A stretch of 64,000 nt of DNA from Phoronis australis. Taxonomy: Eukaryota > Animalia > Phoronida. Below are positions 1-11,500 of this stretch, one piece after another. The translations under genes were made by a program, and so were the position numbers. The notes under the pieces are model-generated. The model was not told the origin of the DNA. It worked only from the letters and a program-made list of their open reading frames with translations, and searched no databases. The DNA is taken from NCBI GenBank assembly GCA_002633005.1, contig NMRA01000066.1, positions 568,940 through 632,939 of the forward strand, written 5' to 3'. Within the stretch, counting starts at the first letter, position 1; each line of letters begins with the position of its first letter.

Positions 1-2285
1 AGTATCTATTTTGATACAGTTATCGATTTCTCAAGTGCAATTTATAATTTATGAAAATTGATTTAAAACGACACCACTCATAATGAGTGTTTATAGATTA
101 GTGAGATATTTATATTTCAAAAAGGCTATCTACTCGCATCTGTAGGTTAGCCTGAGTGGATAAAACTCATTCCAGCCAAACATTGGTTTCGCTGAAGTCA
201 TTAGTGTCAGTTAAAAAGAACAATAAGTGGAAGAATCATGGGGAAATATAAATTGTATTGCTTGAAGAATAGCAATGCTGCTTACGTGATGGTTCAATAA
301 AGAACAATCGTCTAATTCCGTAATCTGCCGTCTGCTTCCTGTTGACTTAATTTACACCCACTTGCCTGCTGACGTCAGTGTTCTTCGAGCTGACTTATCA
401 GACTGTGAAAAGTATTTTTTGACAAATTAGACCGACACACACGACACGATTTTTCGACGCCAACATTGTGGTGTCGTGTGCGCTGGTTCAAGATAACTCA
501 TAGACAAAATCACAAGTTGTCGGCTGAGCATCAAATATATTTGATTGAAAGACATCTTGTCGTGCCATGTCGTATCGTATGGGTTGCTGCCGATTATTTG
601 TGGTGACCAAGGCTTGTGAGCTGAAATCAAAATCAAGATATAGGTGTTCAGACAGGTCGTATAAAACAAAAGTTCGAGCGTAGCAGGAAATCACGTTCGA
701 CTAACATGTGCTACAGTGCATGCTAGTTCCCAACCCAAGTAGTTGATTATTTTCAAAACCTCGGCACAACAAAAATCGTATCGCGTGCGCTTGTTCAACA
801 GTCATCAATGATCGCGAGACCTTACCCGAAGATAGTGTGCTGACCGCAAGAGCATTGAAATGTACAGAGACACCTTTGTACTCTATTTTCACTAAGAAAA
901 CTGACAGGAATACACAAGCGAACTTGGACGAAGGTTCTTCCTGATAATCTTTTTTCAAGACGACCTCGATTTTCAAAAAACAAATTACATTGAATATGTT
1001 TGAAGCATAACTACCGAGCTCCTAGTAGTCAACTTGTATACACTGGGTGGATATCTGGGAGATGGTTCCCTGATATAAACAAAAATACGAATTTTCGGTT
1101 GATTTCATTTTTTCTAGACAACAAAAAGAAAAGGAAAGAGTCTTTAAGCAATGTCGCTGGCGCACAACAATTATACATACACAAAACGTACCGAGAGTGG
1201 CGTAGACGAAGTAATATCCCACGAGACATTATTCCTCGTATCGACCGAGACCGAAGATCTTGGTCGATATGCAAAATAATATATTTATCGAATTTCTGAG
1301 TTTATTTCATTTTTTCGTCAGATTTTTTAAATACTTCACTCAGACTGTTCACGAAGCGGATCACATCCCATATGAATGTACTTGCGCGTTAGGTTGCAAG
1401 TTTTCTCTAGTAAAAGAAACAGTTTTAAATGTAATGATTTATTACTTGAAAAATAGATATCAAAGATGTAAACAACGGTAACTGTGCATTGAACTTGTAA
1501 AAAGCTACGGACACAGCGTATGACTTTGGGCATTACTTCATTGATTTGTGAAAACAAAAATAGTTATGTTTTATTTATCACCCCGCTGAGCAAATTTTGC
1601 AACCAGAGAAACTCAAACATATCGCATGCTTACCACACAATTGCTCGAGACATTTCATCACGGTAAATTCCACACAATAGGATGAATAATTTGTCATCAC
1701 CGAGGAAAACTATGGTATCATCGATTGTTAACTGCTGTCAATCAATACACCAAATGATTATATCCGCTTCGTTCATTCCAAATAAAACAGTTTGGGTCAT
1801 GTTTTTATTTATTGCCGTTTGTGTCTCGCAACATCCCTTGTCTTATCGACACAATACGGCCATTTTTATGAACAGCTAGGTGAATGTAGACTGTCTTTTC
1901 ATTACAAATCAATTTGAAACAAACTAACAGAAAAGACGTTAATATCTTTCGCCTTGGATTCTATATACGCTTCAATTTGTTAAAATGGCGATAAACCCGC
2001 CTACAAAACACTTTCAGTTGATGGACTTAGTCTCAAACCGTCCCCGAGTCAAGTCCGAAGTGGTTTCTAGGATTGGAGATAAGTAAAGGTTCAACCGACA
2101 AAATGGCTAGTCTAGTACAAACTCTAGAAATAACGAAATATCATTTCTTTGAAGCCTAAGGATCACTTCTCAGCTGATTAAGAACCAAGTTGAGAGCAAG
2201 TTTATAGCTGTTAATGGTCTAAATCAAAATTTCGCTTCTTTCACGGAATGTGCGTTTACAGATGCTTCAAAATACTGAAGTTGAT

Positions 2286-2449
2286 TCTTGTGTTAGAGGC
2301 GTAAAGTAATTATTACATTACGACATAAAGTAAGTATTTGCGGAGCTAAAAGTTACTTTACGCCGCAAATATTTACTTTACGCCGCAAATAATTACTTTA
2401 TGTCACAAATCATTTATGTCGCACTTAATTACACCTGTAACAAGAATTA
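2286..2449. repeat. Small fold-back element with internal ~22-bp tandem units
   Basis: TTCTTGT..TAGAGGCGTAA / TTACACCTGTAACAAGAA ends; tandem TTACTTTACGCCGCAAATA units. Confidence 0.55.
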
Positions 2450-3427
2450 TGTTACGCACGTAATTTAACGGCGTAACGTTCACTCATTTTGGACAACGAT
2501 ACATTATAGGGTAACAAGGGATTCTAGAAGTAAATGTCTATAACTAGCTAAGCTTTAAAACAGCGAAACAGCTCTCAAAAAGTGGTGTGGCGTGAATGTC
2601 TTAAAATCAACCAAGAAACAAAACAGCAGAAAATAAGATTGTTATCTGCTATTTTGGTGTGCTTGCTAGCATAGTAGGGTAAGTTCGCTATAGGCAGTCT
2701 TCTGTAGTTGGTCAAACAAAAACCAGGCATTAACTACCGTGTGTTCTTGCACTGAGGAAACGAGCATGTTCACAGTATTAGAGAAAAGCAGGTCTAGTCC
2801 TAATGAAATTCTGGTCAATGAAGAAAGTGTTCCTTTGTCCATCAGTGACAATGGTGCACAGTCGTGCAGACTTCAAACGAGCAACAAACTTGATGCAAAA
2901 GATTTCCAAGGTTACGTGTCACTATTCCGAAAGTTCAAGTCTCCGAAAGTCCACTACTCTGAAGTTTCACTACTCCGACAATTCATTAATCTGATTGTCT
3001 GAAAATGAGTCGGAACTGACATGGATGAAATATTATTTTTGTATCCATTCACATGTAGTAACCAAGAGCTGAGCAGTTCTTAAAACATTGCTTACATTGT
3101 TTACAATTGAGCTTCGTTCCAATCACTGCCAATGGTGACTTCTTGAATCTAACTAACGACTCATTCTCAAGCAGGGACAACATCTGGGGCACGGGTCAGG
3201 TCTGCGGCGACCTGAAGACTGAATGGGACTCTCCGACTTTGTGAAGACTGGCAGGGACAGTGTAGCATTCTAAGTACACTTAGTTTCGACCACTTCCGTA
3301 GGGTGAGGTAATTATTCATTAATATCCCTACTTCGTATTCTTTTAAAAGGATAATAAACCTGTGATGATTTCCACCAACCCTCGTTCTGTCACCTGCTAA
3401 TGCATCACTGACGTCAATTTTCTAAGG

Positions 3428-4047
3428 TAAAAGTATACCAAACCCGGTTTTAACCTATTAACAGATTCTACAAACGACTTCCCCATCGAGTTCTCTGAAA
3501 CGAAATAATGCTCGGCTCGACAACCCTCTAAAGTTTTGAGGAAAATCAGAAAACCCCTTACAAATTATGCTAAAGGGGCAAGCGTGACCTACGCTTTTAG
3601 CGAGTTACGCGGCATCTGTGGAAAAAGACCACCTACAAAGGGCCATAATGTCCAATTCGTGAGATCAGTGGGTATGAATTCTTAGTTGATTCCTGCTTTA
3701 TCTTTCAAGAATGACGCCAATGATGCAACAGCAAGTGAGAGAACGAGGATTGGTTGAAATCATCAAAATAGTTTTTTTTTTAAGGAAGGAATCACGTGAA
3801 ACTCATACACCCCATGTCAAAGTATGGTCCTTGCTGGGTGGACTTTTCCCACAGTTGCCGTGTAATTCGCAAAAAGCGTAGGTTACGCTTGCTCGTTTAC
3901 CAAATTTTGAAAGGAGTGTTCAAAATTTTCAGCAAATTTTGAGGGTTGTCAATGGTTATAGAGTATTATTTTGTTTCAGAGAACTGGGTGGGAAAGTCAT
4001 TTTTATTGTCGGTCAATAGGCCAAACCCGGATTTGGTATCCTTTTAA
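3428..4047. mobile_element. Old long-TIR MITE with TTAA-type ends (Kolobok/piggyBac-like)
   Basis: Imperfect ~205-bp inverted arms 3428-3633 and 3837-4047 (e.g. GCAAGCGTGACCTACGCTTTT / AAAAGCGTAGGTTACGCTTGC); the right end is CCTTTTAA. Confidence 0.7.
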
Positions 4048-6085
4048 AAATGCAAGAACGTACTTAGTTTTCCGTATTCGTGCGACATGCAAGCCATTTC
4101 GTATGCGCATGAAATCAATAGTACATGTACGTGGACGTTGTTTTCGGTACACATGTAGTACACCACTCAGCACATCTAATAACCGAAGTATCGTTTACTT
4201 TTGTATGCAAAAGTATAAAAATTAAACGTGGGGTTCGAAAATTTAGATATTTTCGGAGTAGTGAGCCTTCGGAGAAGAATAGTGTGCTTTGCCCATTTCC
4301 AGCGATGTATGTAACACGCAAAAATACAACCAGACAAAAATTTCGTCAAGTCATTCTCAGACTAAAAAATTTCGTCTGAGTGTGTATTTAAGCACGCCTG
4401 AGTTGAAAGTTTGGCTGGTCGACCTTTGCAAAATATGAAAGGTCCACTGTTCCAGAAATTCGAACCACCCCCTGCGTAATGCTGGTACGGGCCTGCATGT
4501 GCAGAACTTTTTGAAATTAATTACGCAACTCTAATGCGGCATGGCACTGGGTAACCTTGGTAACTTACCAAATCGACTTTCCGTTGAGAAATCCCACTTG
4601 TTGTTCAAAATTGGCAAAAGATAATGACATATTTTTAAAGTCTTACATTACCTTTCCCCTTGCATCCTCGCAAACTGTGACTTTTCTTCTCGCCATCTGG
4701 TGTCACTTTCGGTCACGTACACTGTACAGTGGTGAAACCTAACAAACTATTTGTGCAACTTTTCAAGTAGTTGTTGTCATTCAAGACGTCCCTTTGCGTT
4801 TCGTCAAATAATCATTCAATTGCGTAGCCACAAAAAATAAATGGTTTCTTACATATGTCTCAAATGTCACATAATCGCTTGCAATCACGTGACAGACATT
4901 TTTTTCGTGAAAAACTTAATTCCAACAGTCTGTAAGCAGAGATATCAGAGAAGTTAGTCATCAAAATCTAGTTTTAGAAAAATATTAATTTTGCGACATC
5001 TCCGTTGTTCGAAATTAAATAAAAAACGGAGATAACCTTCCCTCGGCTATAGACCATAAATACGCTGTGCCAATCCATTCACGCACTGAACTGAAAGAAA
5101 TCGATGTTCAAATCTGACAAAAGCGTAGAAAATCAAAAGGCAGGAAAGGCCAACAAATACTGGCAACGTAGGGCTGATTTCCTTTCCTGAAGCATAGTTC
5201 CTTGAGATCAGACTCGCAATTCTTTGCGAGAAATCGCCATGCATTAGAAGTAAAACAAGAGGTTGCACTAAATTTTACTTGTAGGTATCTATAACGGAAC
5301 GGGCCACAACTGAAGCAATATATTGTAGTTATATGTATAGGAAACTAATATCTTTGACTACTGTCGCCCCAACCAACCGATATTTTTGGCACGTGAACAA
5401 TGTATACAAATTGTAAAGTATAGGAATGAAAAATAACGATAAATTTTAATCAAATTTTGCTGATATGGCATTTTTGAAAAAATCGCACTTTCAAGCCAAT
5501 CGTCATGTCTCTGTCAAACAAACTGGTGAAAAGTGAGAGCCTAGATAAGTTATGACTAAGTGATGCAGGACACCTTTACTCAAATATCGAATGACAGAAA
5601 TTCTATCAGGAAAGCACTGTATTTTTCGCCAAAGGTAGCAAACATTGTCAAAATAAATCGGATGAAAAGTGTCAGAAATCAATATACAACCTTTGCTCCC
5701 TGCCAAATCAATGAGATCCATGACTTGTGAAAGCAGGATTATTTGTGTTAAAAGACGCCACTAAGGATGTACTTTCCCTTAGCGGTTATACCTTATTACG
5801 TCAAATATTAGTGATGACGTCTTTGTATAGAATATACAGAAAAGAGTCATCAAAATATTGAATATTTTACATCACTTTATTTTTACAAATATTGTTAATC
5901 AAATGGACATCATAGTTTTACTTTAATTCATTCGTAGCAATTTCTACAATAGGCGCAGTTTTAAAAAAAATTTGGCCGTGTTATAGAAAATAGCATATGT
6001 ATATTAGCATATTAAATAAAATGTTTTTCAACTGTAAGTGTTTATAAAAATATTACGGACTACAATAGATTTTCAACCCCACCCC

Positions 6086-6262
6086 TCCATCCATCTACTC
6101 ACCCATCTATCCATCCATCCATCCATCCATCCATCCATCCATCCATCCATCCATTCATCCATCCATCCATCAATCCATCCATCCATCCATCAATCTATCC
6201 GTCCGTCCTCTCACTAATTCATCTATCCATCTGAGTGTACGCCCGTCCATCCGTCCGTCCGT
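6086..6262. repeat. (CCAT)n / (CCGT)n microsatellite
   Basis: Seen directly in the sequence. Confidence 0.95.
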
Positions 6263-6482
6263 TCGTCTGTCGGCCGGTCCACAATATTGGAAGGGTTGTC
6301 AAACCCTATCAAAATTTATTGCCTTTTGACATGTTCTTTACTTGTCGAATGACGTGCTGGTCCGCGATGAAATTAGGTCGGTATTTCTCTTTACGAAGTT
6401 GTTAGTTCGCAGTATTATTAATGGCTCAAATTAATGAATTAAAGCACTATAATTGTGCAAAAAATGATAGTAATAATGCTAC

Positions 6483-6726
6483 CATGCGCGCACCCAGGGG
6501 TGACTCGGGGGCCGGAACGAGCACCCCATTTGGGAAAGTGGGCAAAAAGGTCCGCCTCAGAGAAACAAAAACTCCGAAAAACAGTAGAAAACGAGACAGA
6601 ATTCCACTAAAAAGGCAGCAACTTCCCACATTCGGCGAATACACAATTCACAGCTTTGAACGTACACCGTGAATACGCATTCTCAAAAATTCGAGCCCTC
6701 CATTTTTTAGGCTGGCTCAGGGCATG
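6483..6726 (+). mobile_element. ~240-bp MITE family (CATGCGCGCACCCAG TIR), copy 1
   Basis: Homologous to 32387-32621 and, inverted, to 51890-52126; flanked by GCTAC on both sides. Confidence 0.75.
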
Positions 6727-6740
6727 GCTACCACTGAGAC

Positions 6741-6935
6741 TTCTACTGCTGCTGCAGCTGCCGTCGCCAGCGCCACTGCCGCCACCAGCGCCACTGCCCT
6801 TAATGCTACTGCTACAAATGACAATGTTGATGATAATATTGATCATAGTGATATAATGACGATAATAGTAATAAGAGCGACACCAATCATCATCATGATA
6901 ACATAAATGATACTAGTAATGATAATTACAATATA
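6741..6935. repeat. Degenerate trinucleotide low-complexity tract (GCT/GCC then GAT/AAT)
   Basis: Seen directly; it is the source of the spurious Ala-, Leu- and Ile-rich ORFs. Confidence 0.75.
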
Positions 6936-7873
6936 ATTTTATCTATTACGTAGGCACCTGATACCGGTATATTCCACAGGACTAAAAGTCTTGTTACTGA
7001 TATTAGAAAAAAATAACGTTAAAATGATTTCATTCAAAATTGTTCCCAGCATGAAGTCATAACTTTGTCATGAATTATTTCAATTTTCATTGCTTTAAAA
7101 AGTTAATCATGGTGATCGTTTTGCCAATTATCGACCATTTTGATAAAAGCTCGATACCTTATTACATGCAATTGCCATTCCAAACAGTCAATTGCATTCA
7201 CCGTATATCCACAATCAACTCAACCCCGTTTATAATTAAGCGATAAATTATTTATGACATTCAGTTGAATGAAATGCGAGCGAAGACATCGATCGACTTA
7301 ATCAAACGAAACTAAACAAATACCAGCTCTAAACAATACCGTTCTGAAATGACAAAATCCATTTTACCGTTCGCCAAAATTCAGGGAGCGATTTTGATAA
7401 ACGTACACGATAGTGATGAATTGTTTTTAGATGATGAAACGTTATTCAATAATATATAATGTGTCTATTATACTTAAAATAAAGAACGAGTGTGTTATGT
7501 TGAGGTAGAACCTTAAGTTCTATATTGGTTAGGAAGATTGTGTAATCTATTGAAATATATAACTTAAATTGAACTTAATTTGAATAGTTGCTAGTTTGAC
7601 GGCATTTCCTTTCGATGGTATAGTTTTGTGTCTAATTTCATTTCATACGAAATTCATCTGTTGTCTTTGAAGATTTTAGTTTAGATTAAGCTTATTTTTG
7701 ATAAACTCCCTGCACATATTCATGTAGAGTCACATAATACAGAATTTGTTGAATGCACGACACTTTTCATTGTTCACGGTCTTTATTCCGTTGCGTTCAT
7801 ACTTTCTGAACAAAACTCTACTCTCTACTGAACATAGATACAGTAACTGACCTAGCGACATAATTAAAAGACA

Positions 7874-7911
7874 CACGATATTTCGAAACATACTTGTTTC
7901 ATTCTCAAGTG
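7874..7911 (-). ncRNA. Mirror copy of the minimal hammerhead motif
   Basis: Exact reverse complement of 8001-8038 in the left arm. Confidence 0.65.
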
Positions 7912-8000
7912 AAGATAAAATGACGCAGTAATGCCACCACAGAGTATAAGCTGACGACACACTTATACTCTGTGGTGGCATTACTGCGTCATTTTATCTT

Positions 8001-8038
8001 CACTTGAGAATGAAACAAGTATGTTTCGAAATATCGTG
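8001..8038 (+). ncRNA. Minimal type I hammerhead ribozyme motif (U3-A8 core variant)
   Basis: CAC-TTGAGAA-T-GAAAC-AAGTAT-GTTTC-GAAA-TA-TC-GTG: helix I CAC/GTG, core UUGAGAA, helix II GAAAC/GUUUC, GAAA, vestigial palindromic helix III (AUAU), AUC cleavage triplet. Confidence 0.65.
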
Positions 8039-8502
8039 TGTCTTTTAATTATGTCGCTAGGTCAGTTACTGTATCTATGTTCAGTAGAGAGTAGAGTTTT
8101 GTTCAGAAAGTATGAACGCAACGGAATAAAGACCGTGAACAATGAAAAGTGTCGTGCATTCAACAAATTCTGTGTAACAGAAAACTTGCTCCCGAAGTAC
8201 AGTCAGTCACATAATAGATAACATAACTACGTTAAACTGGGTCTTTTGCCGTTCATAATGACTTTTGCACACAGTTTCAAGTCAGGTGAGCTGGTTTAAC
8301 ATTGCTTTCATACAAACCCCTAAAAATTCAGGAACGACACCTCGATCGAAGAAACGAACGTCGCCAAATCAATTGTTTGACCCTCCAGAAGTGCCTTGGA
8401 AAAAATCAATCCTGTTAGTTGACGACAAGACCGGGGCAATTTGACTAAGGGTCTTAAACGCGTTTATATCTTTCCTCACACATTGAGCCAAAACCACACG
8501 AA

Positions 8503-8560
8503 ATGTCATGGAATAAGACCTACATCTGCTTATTTGTCATAGCCGTGGCTGTTGTCGCAG
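8503..8560 (+). CDS. Gene 1 exon 1: signal peptide MSWNKTYICLFVIAVAVVA(G)
   Basis: ATG 8503, hydrophobic core, donor CAG|GTATGT, phase 1; 58 nt, same size as gene 2 exon 1. Confidence 0.8.
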
Positions 8561-11500
8561 GTATGTAAAACTAATTATTGTTGTCATTACAAATCGCCAC
8601 CGACAGTTCGGACGGCATCGATCTCCATCCTCAGTGGACAGCAACTCCACGTGATGGGGTCAGGTTAGGGTGGTGAGATAACGGAGAGTATCTGATGGCA
8701 AAGCACGTTCTCAAAAACATCCACCACTGGATTAGAGTCATTCGCCAAATGAGCCAATCTTCATTTGAAACTGCTTCTTATTCATTGGCGAAGTTTTACT
8801 CTTCTAATTTCGTTACGACATTAGAATTGAATCAAAACTGCATTTACTGACATTTCCTGAGGAATTTTGAATTTCTTAGTATATAATGTGAATACTGACA
8901 ATTAGTGTTAATATCTAAGATGGTATAACCTCACCTTGCATCGCAAAAATATTCCGCTTTTTTACCACGTACCTTTATGAAATGGGTCTCAAATTATTCC
9001 GCAGTCAAAGTAGAGGTGATTTCAGAGGTTCGACAGGCTCAGTTGATTGTTCTTCATCGCTTGAGACCCGGCTCTACAAGTTGGCTTGACACGGCGTGTC
9101 ATTTTGTGCGCCCAGCATAGTCTCAAGGAGTAAAAAATGTCACTTCTTTGAAACACAGAAACTACTTATCATTTGAGTAATGAATAATTTGAGACCAATT
9201 TTATAGCGATATATAAGCCTAAATCAAAAGTTCGCTTCTTCGACGGAACGCGACCTATAGAACGACTGTATTTCCCACCTCTCGTACGACTAGCGCCGAA
9301 TAATTTAACTGTTGCATCAAAAATTAAATGGCATGGTGATGAATCAGTAAAAAATGACTTTCGCTGTGCGAGAAATTGTGACAGCTATAAAAAAAAACAT
9401 TTCCAAACCTTTCCCTGAAACAACACGGCTAAAAAGACGACTCAAAGCAGGAATTTGGATCCAAAACAAACGGTGTATACGATATTACTATGAAGATTTT
9501 GATACTCCTTTCGTTCTTCAAAATAATTGTTATAGTTAGATGCAGGCTGCTCTCACTAAATTACTGTGAGTGAGGTTTAGTTCTACGATTCTACAACGAG
9601 TGTAATAAAAGTATAAGATTTTCCGTTCTTACCACTAGATGGTGAAAAGGGCACCGATGAGGTAGTTTCGGAAACATCTACTCATAGTTGAGTTGACTTA
9701 CCTTGGAAGGCTATTGGTACAGCGTTGTCTGATATTCAGAGTAAATATTGAGCTTCGGTCTAAAATTGAACACACATGGGAACGACAGTTACACACATGT
9801 ACGGTCAGAAACATATGTAGGACCATATCCACAACTCTGTGCATTCAGCAAAAAAATCTTGCTAGAAAACTATATACCTTAACAAAGTGAAAGTACGGAA
9901 TATATTTTCTGAAAGTAGAAAGTCTGTAGAATTTGACTTTTTGCCAATTTATTATGAATTGGGTCACGTGACCACGGCTTTAGTAAAATTTAGCCAAAAG
10001 GTGTATTGAAAGCAAAACAACGGTATCAATTACATGATATAAATGACCAAGGTGAGATATCGAAAAGGTTGTGACAGCTTTCTAAAATATCATTTCGTTT
10101 CGTTCTACGCAACTTTAAACGCTTGTCAAGAAAATCATAAAAGTCATGGTTTTGATAAACCCTCATGCAAAAGTTGAACATTTTGAAAACAATTCCTAAA
10201 AGCTTTTTTGAGAGCAGAGCATAAAGCGCGGTATTTGAAAGTTTCATACGTCGTTGGGTCACGTGACCACGGCTTCAGTCCGATCAGCCATTTCTGAGAC
10301 ATGGCGTTCCAAAGCCAGCCAAATTTGGCCATTTTATTGGGTGCTACAAAATGTTTTAACTGCTATCAACCCGTATCTGACCAAACTACTAACTTTTAAT
10401 TTAGAACACTTGTCACATAACTTTTTCCTTACTCAGACTAGAGGAGAAAACTGGGTCCCGTTTCATGAAAAGTGGCTTACGACTTGCCAGAAATCCAATC
10501 TCAAGCTCTTCATAACTGTTTTCTGAAAAATACTTAAATCTCATTTAAGCAAAATTTGAAAGTCTTTGAGCATATACACTGAATCATTGAGTTAATTTCT
10601 ATAATTTACTATTAGACTGTGATGCGTTCACCATTACGTCAGGGATAACGGATCGTAAGTCCCAATTTCTGCCGTAAGAGTGACTTTTCATCAAATAATC
10701 CCCAGGGCTAGGGGAGGGCTGGTAGGTTACCAGTTCTGGAGTTCGGGTTCATCAAGCTGACTTGTCACGACGGGTTTCAAGAAATAACTATCTATTTTGT
10801 CCGAAACCACTTCTCATCTGAGCAAAGAACAACTACAGGTTAATTTTGCAGCAGTAAGTGTTCTGAATCAAAAGATGATTTATTTAACGGACGTTAGGTT
10901 TGTACTAGCTTTGATACATAAATTACACGTGTCACCAAATGTCTAACACGCAAATCTCCAACAACCAGCACGAAGATAATCCTATCTGTAGAATCTTTAT
11001 TTGAGTAATGCATTAATTCGAATGCCTTTGACACTGTCCACCGTTGCTCCCGTCGTTGTCGCGTGGTGTTACCTCTCTAACAGAACCCAAAGCACTTCTG
11101 TAAATGACAAAACCTCAGATTCCATTAATCAATGACCTGTCGAGTATCATCAGGTATTGCAACCATTTGAAGTTTATATCATGCAGCCTCTTTATGCTGG
11201 GTGTTCAAGGATAAAATTAGAAGATACTTCGAATAATGAACTTTGTTAATGTGTACCAGGGGTTGTCAGTAAATGGACTCACTTCAAATACCATCAAAAC
11301 CAAATCTGTGTGATTCTATTTCCACGGGAGGGATAAAAATCAAATGGACCCAAGGATATCTCATTGTGAATCCACTTTAAGCTGTGCCAGTGAAAAGAAA
11401 GACATTGTATTCACTTTCCAGTCCTTCCATATATGGACAAACATATGGCCAACGTTCTATATACAATATCTCAAAGATTTTTTAGTATTTCCTGGTTTTG

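Larger units (their letters stand above)
7739..8204. mobile_element. Perfect palindrome plus tail; probable Penelope-like element insertion (inverted pseudo-LTR pair)
   Basis: Arms 7739-7950 and 7962-8173 (212 bp, identical), 11-nt spacer, unpaired 31-bp tail 8174-8204, flanking direct repeat AGTCACATAAT(A) at 7728 and 8205, hammerhead motif in each arm. The palindrome is certain; the Penelope assignment is inference. Confidence 0.75.

Noticed and set aside
427-1557. Cluster of overlapping short ORFs at the window start
   Set aside because: No recognisable motif, consistent splice structure or similarity to the terminal exons of gene 1; unresolved, BLASTX would decide.
6607-6906. Ala-, Gly- and Leu/Pro-rich ORFs
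   Set aside because: They arise from a MITE end plus a degenerate trinucleotide tract; no splice support.
7951-7961. Palindrome spacer begins CTGACGA, a canonical hammerhead core
   Set aside because: No helix II/GAAA follows at a suitable distance; probably coincidental or a truncated remnant.
7730-8221. Two ORFs with the identical peptide MFRNIVCLLIMSLGQ... on opposite strands
   Set aside because: A by-product of the perfect palindrome; no independent coding evidence.
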